A stretch of DNA of 53,851 nucleotides, the filler included, from Bipalium vagum (Eukaryota), in assembly GCA_037834085.1 (NCBI GenBank). It is 3 parts of 3 records of this genome, joined end to end, with 100 filler letters (N's around TTAATTAATTAA, not from the genome) between each part and the next. Parts side by side here need not be neighbours in the genome. Positions count along the whole stretch, not along the records: positions 1 to 18,657 come from JBBMKC010023131.1; positions 18,758 to 37,075 come from JBBMKC010032787.1; 1 more part is not named here. One strand, written 5' to 3'. This document shows, piece by piece, positions 11,510 through 25,046 of the stretch. Position numbers and translations under genes: made by a program. Numbering within the stretch: the first letter of the stretch is position 1; the number at the start of each line of letters is the position of its first letter. A model generated the notes under the pieces. The model ran no database searches. It was not told where the DNA came from and saw only the letters and a list, made by a program, of their open reading frames with translations.

Positions 11510-11535
11510 ACAAGTTGGTGACAAGATGTGTTTTT

Positions 11536-11541
11536 AATAAA
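11536..11541 (+). terminator. Candidate polyadenylation signal of CHD1
   Basis: AATAAA starting 27 nt after the end of the CHD1 stop codon. Weak evidence in AT-rich DNA. Confidence 0.35.
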
Positions 11542-14500
11542 TAAATGACCGCTTAATCAAAAAATTTAGTTTGTCGCCCTCTTCTAGCCGAGGAAGAGTT
11601 TCTTATGAGCGACCCTCAGTTTTCATTTTCGGTGATACAATTCATATTTTCTGAATCTATTTTCTTGAGCTATTCTATCTTTTCTAACCCTTTCAAATGT
11701 TGAATTCAATCAATATTTGGACCCACTGTCAACCCGTACCTTAATTTATCTTTCAGTGTTTTGCAATGACAGAGAGAGGATTGAACTATTGTAGTGTTTG
11801 AGATGATATTGATCTGTATCGCGTTTGTAAGTATGTTTTTAGACTATTTCCCAACCATGTTGAATAAGAACTCACCTTCAAAGCAGGTCGATAAACTTCA
11901 TACATTGACCGATGTTGGAATCATCATCCACTGGACAGATTTAAAAAAAATCACGTTATACTTTAAAAAAATTGTAAATTATAAAAAATCATTAATAAAT
12001 TCTGTGATTTTTTCATTGTCAATTTTTATTTTCTTTGATTAAAATTCAATATTATTATTCAATACAGATTTCAATAAATAATAATGTGAAAAAAACATCT
12101 TTCTTTTTTGTCGATGTCTAACAAATAATTTATTGAATTTAATCAAAGTCATATTTCTGTTATTATTATTATTATTATTATTATTATAACTATTATGGTA
12201 TGGTCAATCATATTTATTTTTTATTGTTATTGTTTAAAACAATTTAAAGCAAAAACTGAACTAGTTTAAAGAAAAATCGATTTTTTATACATAAATATGT
12301 ATTAATACAAAAAATTGAAGTTCAGAAATTTGCACAAAATATTTTAAATACAAGGTAAACAAATTGTCTTTTTCTTTTATTATTAATATTTCGTTAAAAT
12401 ATTTAAAACTTTTTTTCTTTCAGTTATTAAGTGAATTTCTCTTGAACTATGTATCCTTTGCGAAATAACGAATTTTGTATTTTTCGGGTATTTATAGGTC
12501 TTTTATGTAACGAGTCAAACGTGAATTGAATTAAAATAGTTTTATTCACAAATATTTTTTAATACAAAATTTATTCACAAAATTATTTAGAATGTTATTG
12601 ATGAGATAAAATAAACATTATTTAAAAATGATAGTGAAGTTTTTATATTAATAGTAATGATAAGTTTACAGTTAGGTTTATTGTACAAGAGTATAATAAT
12701 TTCCTATATTAAAATAACAATTTTAATTTTAAAAAGAGGAGAATTGAATAAAAGTATAACGTTTTGGATATTTAGAGAATATAATAAGCGATGGAAATTT
12801 ATAATAGTTCTTTATATTTCTTTAATAGATTTTCTTACATAGATCCAGTTGGTATTATTTCCAAGTCGGAGACAACTGTTTAGAGAGATTTAAGTTAAAA
12901 TGAAGTGTATATTAGGCCTATTAGAATATTAAAATCCTCATTTTTATCAATGTAATTGTTGTGTAATTATTTTTGAATAATTTGCAATATCAATGGTTTA
13001 TCTAAGAATTAAGGCTTTAATGGTTATAAGGATTAAATATACGGATATGAGTTTAATAATGTTAAGTTAATAATCCTCACAACCCATAAAAAACTTATTT
13101 ATATAAAAGAGTAGCGATAACAATTATAGTTTACAAATAAATATGAAATATATTAGAGAATTTTACCAGTAAAAATCAATTGCTGATCTCAGTAAAACAA
13201 ATTGATTTTTTTTCTTAGAAATGTTTAAAATTTTCCTGTTTTTTAAATGTAATATGATTTCATTTTGAAATTTATAATATTATAAATTTGAAGTATCGTT
13301 TTCATAAGTAAACTTCAATAATTAAAGACTAATTAATATTAACTAAATGGAATGAGTACATATTACTATAACATGATTTTCTATAAAATCTGATATCCTT
13401 ATGATAGTATCTGAACTTAAAATTGTAAAATATTTATTGAAAAATTTTTATTTTGAAAATTTCAGATATCTTTTCAAAAATGTAGTAAAATTAACATTAT
13501 GAAATTTTTATATAATACCGAACTAAATAGTTTCCATTACCAATTTTTACATTGTTATATCTTATTATGGTCTATTTTTAAAATAATAAAATGATTGATA
13601 AACTAAATTAAAATGAATATAATGTAAAACACAATTAATGGTAAATAATAAAACAGAAGTTATGTATTATTAATGTAAATTGAATCATTACTATTTTAAG
13701 AGCATGATTTTTATTAAAAAAAAGTACTCTAAAATTTCCTTTAGAAAGTTTCTGTATTATTATTTAAACAACTTAAAATTTATAGTATATCTGTACTATT
13801 ATCAAGACTATTTTATTAAAATATCTGTCATCAATATTTCTTTGTTAATTGTTTTCAGTAATCATCTTTCAATTAACTGATCATGATATTGATCTTTTAA
13901 ATAATGTTTTAAATACATTAAATTTAAAAATTTAAATAAAATATTGTAACTAATTTTAAACTTTGTTTAGGATTTATTGAATAAAAATGTGCTAATGGCT
14001 GCTGTAACATTGCAAAAAAGTCTGCATTTCTTATTGATATGTATTTATTGTTAATAATAAAGATAAAAATCTGCCAGCTCGTCGTGAAATCCACCTATAG
14101 CAGCATGTGTAAATGTGTTCAGTCAAACCAAATTCTGTTTGTGATGGCATTGGCCTATTATTCCGTATTTTGATATGATCAATATTTGCTTTTGATAAAT
14201 GGAGTTATTATTAAATAATTCAAATATTTTTAGTGAAAATAAATATTTTGTTAAAACTTATTTATAATTTAATTCCATAATTATTTAAAAATTTAAAATG
14301 AACGTGAATTTTTATTGATTTGTAAAATTGTGTTAATTACATAAAATATTTTGTAATATCAACTTCGTTGTCAATCCAAAAAGAACTAGGTAATATTATT
14401 GAATCATATGTGTCGTTTTCAACTTTTTCCATTTGTTTTAACCCAAAGAATCTTAAAAATATAATTATTTGATAATATTTTAAGCAAACATACTTACAGT

Positions 14501-15075
14501 TTTCTGTAGATTCCAAAAGATTCACTTACTTTTTCTTTCTGGTAAGTTGATGTCAGTACTGTTTCTATATAATCATCAATTTAAAAGTATTATGTTTAAT
14601 TGACTTAAAAACAAAAAATTGAAATTTCATTAAACTTCTGATTGAAATAATTATTATCTTGAGATTTTTCAAAGTTGATTAATCAGAATTAGATTAATCT
14701 GTGATCTCTTTGCTCTGTTTTTTAATTTTGATCGAATAATACAGATTTTTTATGCTTTTCCTTCGATTTAGAAAAATTCATATTTTTAAAATGTCTGATT
14801 TTCAAAATTTTTCTAATTTTACTATATTTGCTTATTTTATTATTTTTTCAAACAAAAGTGAAGCTTAAAAATTATCACATTAAATATTAGTTTTTTTAGA
14901 CATTTTAATATTTTGAATTATGTCTTGAGTAATAAATCTTAAAATCAATTTATAGAAATGTCTTGGAATGATTTTATGTTTAAACTGAATATATGATTAT
15001 AAAATTTTGAAGTTGAGGATATTTAAAAAGGTTTTTTGATTTGATTGTAGGTTCTGCATATTAAAAAATTTTTAA

Positions 15076-16299
15076 TGTTAGATCTTCCCTTCTTTCACAT
15101 TAATAAAACGGATTCCAGTTCAAAAAGTATTATCTAATCTCTAACTTTGCTGAAGAGTGCTTATTTTTAGTCATTTATTCTTCTTTTCTTTCTTTCTGAA
15201 CCTATCAATCTGATTTGATGTGGAGAATAAAAATTGGAATTTGGAAGGGAATTCTTTCAATTCTGAGTTCTTTCCTGACTGATACTCTAATTTCAATCTT
15301 TTTTGTCCTTCTCGAACTAACTCATTCTCTCTGCCACCATCATTAAGTTCTTTTTGACAAACCTGACAATTTCAGTATCCTGATACTTGTGATCCTAATC
15401 CTCTACACTGGTATGTAGACCTAATTTGTAACCCAATACGATTTCAAGGAGAAAACTTTGTTGGGTGATATTAATACTTAATTCGATTCTTGGTAAAAGT
15501 TTGTTACAGTTTATTTCTTCACATCCTCCCTCTAACCATGTAGTCATCGTCTCCTAGATCGCTCTTATGAGTGAAGATCCATCTGATTGATGTTGATAAG
15601 GTGAAGTAAACTAGCTTAATTTTAAGCTCCTTCCATTTTTGCTGTAATTATAAAAATTCAAAATTTTTCCCTTTATATATCAGAATACTTTTTGGTCTAG
15701 CGAATTTCTAGATCCAATAATTTATTACGATCTTGAAGATGGAACTACCGCTTCTTCAATACAGTCAAACTCACCAGTTTTCTGAAATGGTCGATTATTA
15801 CAATTAAGTATTTATAATATGATTTATCCTTATGCAACCACATCAATTATAATCTTTTCCTCTAAACGTGAAATTTTTCTGGGAATCAGATTCTCTCATG
15901 ATTTTCACTTATTTACACAATCAGATATGCTCTGCATTCCTTTCCGTCCCAGGTAATTTTCGTTTTAAAACTTCCGAATGGCCTTTATTTCCTATTAAGA
16001 CACGACAATAACAGTTTACTCTGACTTCCTATCATCTTCCAGCATTCCTCAGGGTAACCTTTTTTTTCTTCTCGTAACGAAATTAATATTTTCAGTGTGG
16101 TCGCCAGTTAGATCTTCGTTTATATAAATTAATAAACGGATCCAAAAAGTATTTATTATCTACTCTCTATAAAAGAAACTGGTGATTTTGCAAGTATCAT
16201 TTTTATTTCACTTGATATTAAATTAATTTTTTATAAATAAAATTAAATAAAAAATAAGGCACATATTATACATTGTCTACTGTATGAATTTAACTAACA
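15076..16299 (-). mobile_element. Internally deleted Ty3/gypsy element: LTR - PBS - integrase remnant - LTR
   Basis: Diverged direct repeats starting GTTAGATCTTC...ATTAATAAA(A)CGGAT at 15077 and 16107. The 5' LTR is bounded by TGTTAG...CTAAC, followed by PBS TGGCGACCACAC (16106-16095). Integrase motifs at ~15430-15900: KIIIDV, YLIVIIDHF, RPKSIL, TSPYQHQSDG, LLPRIELSIN, KFSP. Confidence 0.7.
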
Positions 16300-16353
16300 T
16301 TGTATAATAGTATTAGTGGTAAGCTTTTTTTACTTTATTGTACGTTGTTTTGT

Positions 16354-18450
16354 TTAAGGAAACGTCCAACAGTAAATAGTGAAACTGGTATTATCTTTGT
16401 TTGTTCGCCGGGATCCACGTTTTTTACCATCCATGGGGTTTATCTTTGAGCTGTCATTATAATTATTTGAAACATATTCATCATGGTTGTTCAACATTTG
16501 GTTCAGCATATTGATTGATCTTACTGGATTTTGAAATGTCTTTGCGTCCTCATGTCTCATTTGACATTGAATGCATTGATCAAATCTTGTTCTCGACATT
16601 GAATTTGCATTGTTGTGTTCACTACCACGTTTGTATTCGAATTTTATGTCCAATCCACTCAAAAAGTTTTCATTCTGAAATTGTGGAGTTATCGGTTTTA
16701 CCAGATGTGTGCACCCGATATCCCAATTATCTGCAATGAACACATTCTCATATTTCTTCACTAACCTTGCGAGTTTCTTGTTTTTGTCAATCTTAGATGA
16801 AAACGTTCCTCACTGTTTATAATTCTTCAAAATCTAGCTTCAATTGTACACAGGTTGTTTCTTTCATTGTCTTCTTCTTTCATAGTCTTCTACCACTGCA
16901 ACTCAAAACCAAATTTTGAAAAAAGAATAATACCTCCATTCACGTCAGGAATAATTGTATCTGCAACTATGAAACGATTTTTTTCTATTTTTCATATATC
17001 TGTACAGTCGTCATGATGCTCCCTAAGATATCTAATCTGCTATTATTTGCGCACCGAAGATGTTCACCTGTTTGTTCTAATTTGACGTCTCTAAGGGATT
17101 CATAAACTCTTCGGCTCAAGACATTTACTCTCGCTTCCTTATCCAACAAACATTCATATTTTTGGCCATTAATTCTTATAGACATGCCTGGTCTTCCATC
17201 CATTTTGTCAAATGTTATTTCTGATTTCCTTACTCCAATTGCACCAATACCCTGTGTTTTAAAACTTTGCCCTGGACCTTTTTGTCCTCACTAGCTACGG
17301 TTTGGAAATGGTATTCAGACGTCAACACATGGCTCCAACCATCTCCCCATTTGATGGAGCCCGAACGTTTGGGTCTTCATCTTCAATATCTCTACGTTCA
17401 CTCATGTTTTTTCAGTAATCGTCCAAAATCTGGTGTTCCCAAATTTCTTCTCCTAAGCTGTTGATAAATTTTCCATTTCTGCTAACTCCATAAGCTCTTT
17501 CTTTTCTAGCATACCCAACATTTCTTCCTGATTCTGTACAGCAGTATGTTGAGACATGACCAAAACTCCCAATTTGAAACATTTTGTGTTTGGGCAATTT
17601 CTTCGGATGTGACCTATTCTTCCGCATCCATAGCATATCCGTTCTTTTCTTTCTGGGCATAATCTAGCTTTGTGTCCAGCCATATTGCATGCATAGCAAA
17701 TCATTGGTCTTCTTTCTGGAAGAGCTGTTGATGATATATTTCGGTTATTGGTTTAGGTTTTTGTGTTTCTAATTTTTGAATTATTAGCAAATCTTTTATC
17801 CATGACAGCATCCCTGTATGATCTGATTGTGCTTATCTTCTCTTCTTCTCTATGCATTTCGGAAACAACATTAATAGTTTCCTTGATGGTCCGCACGTCT
17901 GATTTCTTCTTTAACCTTTTTGTGAATCGTCCAACTTTGTTACAATTCGACGAGAAGGGATTCCTTATCAAACTTCAGTGTTAATATCTTCTCCACCAAT
18001 TCTTTGGCCTTGTTGAAAAATACTTCGACATCTTCTTCTACTTGAGTAAAATTCACTATTTCTTCAAAAATGGATAGTGATTTATTTGGATGTGCGAAAC
18101 CAAACGAATTTCTTCTTCAAACTTTGAGGCTTTCTCTTATGTGCTAATTTATGATTCTTCTAGGTCTGGATGAATCATCTTCTTAATCCATGTTCTCTGT
18201 CTTTCTTCTTAATTTGCACAATGTCAAAATAGCGATTGCATGATCTGATGAACTTCTCTAAATCACCAGTCCTCTCTGGAATGAATCTTTCCAGTAATGA
18301 TGTAGGTGTGGTCGCCATGATAGGTTTGAGGGGTCTGCAGGATCCACCAATATCTTTAAGCAACAGAGCACAGGATCTACCAACAGTGATCAACCTCAGC
18401 AGACTCAAACCAATGATGACCATTTTTGTGATCTGTGATCCATTAACAAT
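16354..18450 (-). mobile_element. Ty3/gypsy LTR retrotransposon remnant (gag with CCHC knuckles, aspartic protease, RT/RNaseH core deleted)
   Basis: PBS TGGCGACCACAC at 18317-18306; gag MATTPTSLLERF...; CYACNMAGHKARLC and CYGCGRIGHIRRNC knuckles; protease region ECLLDKEARVNVLS (degenerate DTGA); RNaseH tail FEYKRGSEHNNANSMSR. Multiple frameshifts. Confidence 0.9.
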
Positions 18451-18657
18451 ATAATTGTTCTATACATTAACATTGTTTTATTATTGACATTGTGTCATTT
18501 GTTATTCTTTTATAATTATTTAGTTGTTGATAATATTAAATATGTTAAGATCCTAGAGAATGATGGATAAAAAGGATGTCAAAGGTCGGAGCTTAAATGT
18601 CTCTCAGGTCTCAACGGTTGAAGGTTGCGTTTGTGCGTGTTCGATTTTAATTAAAAT

Positions 18658-18757
18658 NNNNNNNNNNNNNNNNNNNNNNNNNNNNNNNNNNNNNNNNNNN
18701 NTTAATTAATTAANNNNNNNNNNNNNNNNNNNNNNNNNNNNNNNNNNNNNNNNNNNN
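18658..18757. other. Assembly gap with artificial TTAATTAATTAA linker
   Basis: 44 N + TTAATTAATTAA (18702-18713) + 44 N = exactly 100 nt; identical to the second gap. Confidence 0.95.

Positions 18758-18828
<71 letters not shown>
18758..18828. repeat. (AAT)n microsatellite
   Basis: Perfect trinucleotide run abutting the gap. Confidence 0.95.
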
Positions 18829-18830
<2 letters not shown>

Positions 18831-19559
18831 CAAAGTAATAAAATATTTTATATTCACATGTGATTTACTTTTTAAAAAACGGTTTTATTATCTCACAAAA
18901 GCTGAAGAATTAAAATAATTATAATTATAATGAATTAAATAAAAAAATTCAAATAAATCTTCAGTACATCAATTAAAAAGAGACCACAGTTGTGATAAAT
19001 TGATTAAATTATCTCATTAATGATAAAAAAATCATTACTTCACAAAATGTGATATTTTTTTGCGTAAATAAAGACAAATTGTATTGTTTTAAGAAGCACT
19101 CAGCACTGTTTCAGAAGTCATAATAATAAAGTATTTCATCTGGTAATCTTCAACGAATCAAATTCGTTCCAGAAAATCCATTTATTCATTTTTCAGGCAA
19201 AAAGAAATTTAGCCTCTTCCAAAAAAGATAATTATATTTTTCTCTAACCATTTCTCTTAATTATTTCATTGATCTATTTTTGACTATTTTTCGTTTTTCC
19301 TCTTCTTTCATTGGTTCTTTATTTAAAAATATTTCTTTCATCTATTTTTCAATTAATATCAATTTTTTTCTTTTTTCTCTTAATCTTTAGGTTTATCATT
19401 TCTCCCAATCTCGATTCCTTTTTAATTTTATTTTACAGTTTTTTTCAAGCACGGTCAAGTTGTTATCTTTGTCCCCCTGACTATCCAGTCATCATTATAA
19501 AAGAACCCTTCATTGAAATTTTAACAAGTTCAAAATTCAATTAAAGGAGATCCACGAAC

Positions 19560-21768
19560 CTGATGGGGAGATCCTGCGGGAATGAAAATAGCATCACCAC
19601 GAAACTGAACAATGGCGCACCCTTCAACATCATACTCCGCCTTCAATCGATTGAGCATTGTTTGATCCAAATAAAACTGCTGGTCGTGAATGGGATCGTG
19701 GTCGGAACAAATTATTTCACCTTGCTCTGTGATTAAGTCGTAGAGAAAATGTCTTAATTTCGGCACATCCTTCGGTAAAAATATGTGCCACAAAGCTCCC
19801 GGTAATTCCGTTTGCGCTCGTCTGATCACTGTCTCATCAACGATTGCTTCCTTGATACTTTGCATAACGTTATCCTTTTCCACACTCTTCATGTCCTGCG
19901 GCACACCAACATAAAGCATAACGTTAACGGCATCAGCAATGTCCAAATGAAGATTTGTGGTGCCCAGCTGAAAGCGTTTAAAGAATGTTAATATTTCTCA
20001 AACGATTTCCGTTTTATACTTTACACTCCCGAGGCATTCCGTAGGCATTGTACAATTTCGGTCCCAGATCAGGTCTGACGAAAAAATCCGGCAAATGTGC
20101 TGCCAAATTGAATTCTCCTTGTCGACTAGTGTAGGGTTTGATTGGTAAATTGTTGAGAATGTCTTTACATCGTTGGGGTAAAATTTCGTTGAAATCGTCA
20201 GAGGGTGGCCAGTCTTTAAGTTTGAGGCAGGCGGGCCTCGACCCATTTGGAGTAGATGATGAGATTCGTTCTTTATTGATAAAATCATGTGAATTTTTCG
20301 TTTCACAAAGAGAAGAAAAAAATCAATAACTTACTTGCAACACACTCAAAGCCTTCCCAGAATGCCTTCATTGATCCTTTTGGAACTGGAAGTTCCGTTT
20401 CACAATCCACAAGTGTAACTGGTTCAGAAGCTTCGAAGTCTTCAAGAAACTTTTCTGGTGTCCATAATGTTAAATCCATACTTTTGTGACAACCCGAAAC
20501 TATGACAGGGTGTGCCAACAGTAATTCTCTCTGAAAACAATACCTTACGCTGAGCTCTTTTCGTTAAATTTCATAGAATCATTGGAAAATGAGATAAGAT
20601 GCAACCAATATTCTTTTCGTTTATACTAGACACTTGCAATAATCCGAGCTTTATTGATTATTTTGAATGAAAGCAGAAATGGACACAATTTTTGTATAGC
20701 CTTGGTATTAATTGTTATCTAGTCATTTTGAGTAATAATTTTTAATAGTGAACGCATCATTATTTTCCTTAGAATTATAAGGCATCAGACCTCTACAAGA
20801 AAAAAACAAGCACCGCCCTGACTAGTACAGATCTTCACAAAAACGTTGGATCACAATAAAATTAAACCTTATAATATATTGAATGGCCGAAAACATGTGA
20901 TGTGGTATCGGGAGGGTGAAGCAATATTTGTTTAATGGTTTAATTAGATATCAAGTCTCGCTCTGACAAACCTTCATTCAATAAGCTGATGACATCTTTA
21001 CAGAAATAAAAAAAGATCGACATAATAAGCAGTTACCAGGTTCCTTACCCAATAGATAAAACGTGGACCCCAAAATCTGTTTTAAAGCAAAGGCATGATT
21101 TTCATTTTTCCAAAGGACCTTTTTCTTCACAGAATTGATTACGGCTTATATACTTTAAAAAGAATTATTCAGATTCCTTTCTTAATTGTTTGGAATTGGT
21201 GTCATTTGGATATCACACTAATTATTCTTTGCACAGTTGGGATTTTATCAACATGATAACATTGAGTTGTTTCCAATCCACAATTCTCCACAAATCGGAA
21301 TTGTTAGTCAAATTTAACTATTTGCAAATTAAATGTTTTTTAATTTATTGATTTAATTTAATTATAAAATTTAATTATTTAATTATTGATTTAATTAAAA
21401 TTCTCTATTATAATCGATATTATATAAATGTGGTAAATAAAAGATTTGTATGACATTAAAATTCAACATTGAAACTGTGCAGCGCAACAGTATGCCAACG
21501 ATAAAAGAAAGAGGAATTCTATACAGAGGACTTCATTGAGTTTTCAAGGTTTAAGACAATGCAGGCTTGTTAAGAATAAAACACACGTGTCAGTGACCCC
21601 GTGAATTAGAATAATTCTGATTAATTAAACAATTTCTGCAAAAAATTATTTAATTTAAATATTACCACAACTAAAAATTATTTTAATTTTTCTATATTAC
21701 AAAAAATAATAATATTCAACCTCGATGAATATCAAATGGAATTATACTAAACAAATTAGAGAAAAACC

Positions 21769-21825
<57 letters not shown>

Positions 21826-24800
21826 TAACCTGAAAAATTTGTAGATTTTCGTGATCGTTAGCATTGTGGAGTCGAATTATTTTAAAATGCGGTGATACTG
21901 TGACCCAGGAGAAAAGGTTTTCAGAATTTGAATCTTTCAGTGTAGAATCCGAAATCTGTCCATTGACTGTCGAAGCCAGTCTTGGAACTGGTTGTGATAT
22001 TAATGAACCAGCACTGGATTCTACTTTTCTATCAAATTCATTAAAATGAATAGAGCCTTTATTTTCTCCATTGACCCCTTCTTTCAGGACTAAATCAGCC
22101 AACAAATGAAGATCATTTTCACAACTGAAATCGTAAAATAATTCATAATCACTTCCGTGAAGTAGAGAGAAAGGTTTTTTCGTTTCTGTCTGTTATTTTA
22201 TTTAAGTTAACATGATTCGTCAGCGAAAACGACCAAGGTTCACTATGATTATTATTAATTTTCGTAAAAGAGCATTTCAGGAACTCTTATTTGAATATAA
22301 ATACATATATAAATAGATACAGATGATTCCTGGAATTTTGCTGTAAAAAAATTAATATTTAAGTGCTAAGTTTTGAGTCAGTTCTGTACCAGAAATTTTA
22401 ATGTCCTCAGGTGTTTTCATTAGTAAAAGTCAAGTAAACGGATGGCTAAGTTGTTTCTGAAGGAAAATGAAAATTTGAATGATGATGCATTCGGAAAACA
22501 GTCTGGACATCGAAGATCAGCCATACCAAGTTCTAGACAATGATAACTTCAAATATACAAGAAGATGACATATTTTGACCGAATCTAACGAAAACATGAT
22601 AAGATTGAATTTAGTGCTTGGAATACTATAGGAATATAATCAGGGTACAATTCTAAAACCAAGCGACGTGTTCACTACAATTTATTTGGCAATATAATAA
22701 TTCTTGGCTTAATAAAATGTTGCCTTTTGCAATATATATTGATATTTTGAATTGATATATTATTTAAACATAAATTGTAATCAATAAAGATTTTAATCAA
22801 TGATGTTTATTTTTTAATTGATTCCAAGAATGTATACAATATTCAAATCGAATTTTTAATAGCATCTTTGTAAAATCTTAACTTTTAAATCCAATAGAAA
22901 AATATAAACATAAATTAAATATAAAAAGTACCCCAAAGAATTAGATTCAAAGCCTGCCACACTATCTGGAGTCAGTTCGTCGAGTTTTGACGAGAGCTCT
23001 TCAGATTTGGGTTTTGAGAAGCAATTGCATCTGAGTTTCAAATTAAACAGTTTCGCTACAGTATGCATGCGATTTTGTAATTCACTTATTACTTTGATGG
23101 GGATCAGTTCGACTTTTAACAATTGATCCGGACTATGAGGTTGACGATTTGATGTGCAAACCGCCCATGGATGATCACAGGGACTTTGGCGACTTCTACT
23201 AGCCCCGCGAGTATTTTGGTGAATGGATTCTAAAGCAGTAAAATGGGGTGTTGTCAATTGATTACCATTTACTGATTATTTTTAACATTTTTGAAACTTG
23301 GAGAATATTTTTTAAAAATTTTCACTTTAATTTTATATTGATCTAAAGTCATTTAAAACAGGAAACAATGAAAGTTCCATACCCCCATGACTTTCAAATC
23401 CATTTTTTGTAAGAGAAAATTATTTATTTATTGATCTTTGATAAAAATTTGGTTTTATTTATCAATTTTATTAATAGTTTTACATATGAAAATTGTTTCC
23501 TTTTCGGATTGACAATGTCGTTACAGTGGGTCCCGTTCGTTTTCATTAGCATATTTTCAAGCTTAAAATAATCAGCAATGAAAAGAGTGATGACAATTGC
23601 AAGACATTTACGCACTTGATGCGCAGCCTCCCTCCTTTCCATTAAAATTATTGATTAATTACTAATTAAAAATTCCTGAGTGATAGACACGGGCTATTGC
23701 AAATCATTAATTATTAATGATTTGTTACCATAATATTACCAATTTTATGTTATTAATATTATTACATAAACTTAAAATATTCACTTGAAGAAAAGGTAAT
23801 CTATCGAAAATATTAATAATAATAATAATAATAATTAATAATAATATAGTAATAATTGAATAAAACTAAATTAAAACAGAAACTCTTTCAAATGTTTTAC
23901 ATTTATTCCATATAAATATATCTTTGTTTTAATGTATTACATTAATCGTTAATATTTTTAAAAGATTCAATTATCAAATTTTAATGACTGAGCAGCTATC
24001 GTATCAACCTATAGAAGGTTACACAGGAATATGTTTGTAATATGAGAGATGTTTGTCTTTTTCGTTGAAAAAAATAAAACAAGTAAGGTTGGAACCAGAC
24101 TTCTAAAATGTAGAAACTTCACCAAATAAAAGCCACTCGTTAATTTTGATTTTCCCTTTCTTTATTTTTTGTGAAATCCACAGTTTAATCCAAAACTTTG
24201 CTTGCTATGTATTTTTGCCGTGCCCATTAATTCCAATTTACAGGTGACGTTGTGTACAACCCATATAAAATGATCACACCCATAACCTTGGAATTTGAAA
24301 ACGTTATTAACTTGCATTATTTTGAGAGTCGGGTTTTTGATTTGTAAAGAATTCTTCGGTTTTGTGGTTACTGAGATTATCATTAGGTCTGCCTTGTTCA
24401 TTTATGGTCTATAGGGTCATGTTTCGGAGCCTTTGGAATCTGTTTGAATAGGAATCCTAATTATGTTCTTGTATTCTTTTCTTTATCTTTCTCTACCTCT
24501 AGGATTGTAAATTACTCATCATAAACAACTTATCCATTTTTAATTGTCTGTTTTACTATTCCTTACTGCAAATAACCAAACCTTTTAAACTTTTATAATT
24601 TCTTCCAATTCTACTTAGTCTGAGATGTTAATCTTTCGATGTGTCTTTTCGATTTTGCACACTCTTACCAGTAATCCGAATTATTGGTTCCGCTCGTACT
24701 AAAACAATGACCATTGTGATGAGTCTTCAAGTAGTGGAGCAAAACATGTTCATGACCCAAAATATGTTCAGTAACCATTCCAATCAGTTGATGAACACCT

Positions 24801-24976
24801 AACACTGCAAATTCCAGTTCCCAATGATAGAAAGATTCAACACTAAGTTTTCTCTTATACAGTTTGCATATTTCTCTTCACACTAACTATTATGTTATGT
24901 ACATAATATATAAAGTATAATGATAATTTTAATTATTATTATCGACTGATATTATTATTATCGATTATTATTATTA

Positions 24977-25046
<70 letters not shown>

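Noticed and set aside
11560-11940. Possible LINE RT 3' fragment on the minus strand
   Set aside because: Only a faint LR..HKKLF resemblance; too degraded to support.
14337-14580. Two GTAAGT donors and a short minus-strand ORF (small gene or missing KDM3 exon)
   Set aside because: No KDM3 motifs; the model would need a 26-nt intron and a 6-nt exon; no recognisable homology.
18702-18713. Palindromic TTAATTAATTAA as a biological site
   Set aside because: Assembly linker centred in N-runs and repeated identically at 37120.
21716-21829. Poly-tyrosine tract in ORF 21716..22105
   Set aside because: An intronic AAT microsatellite translated past the splice donor.
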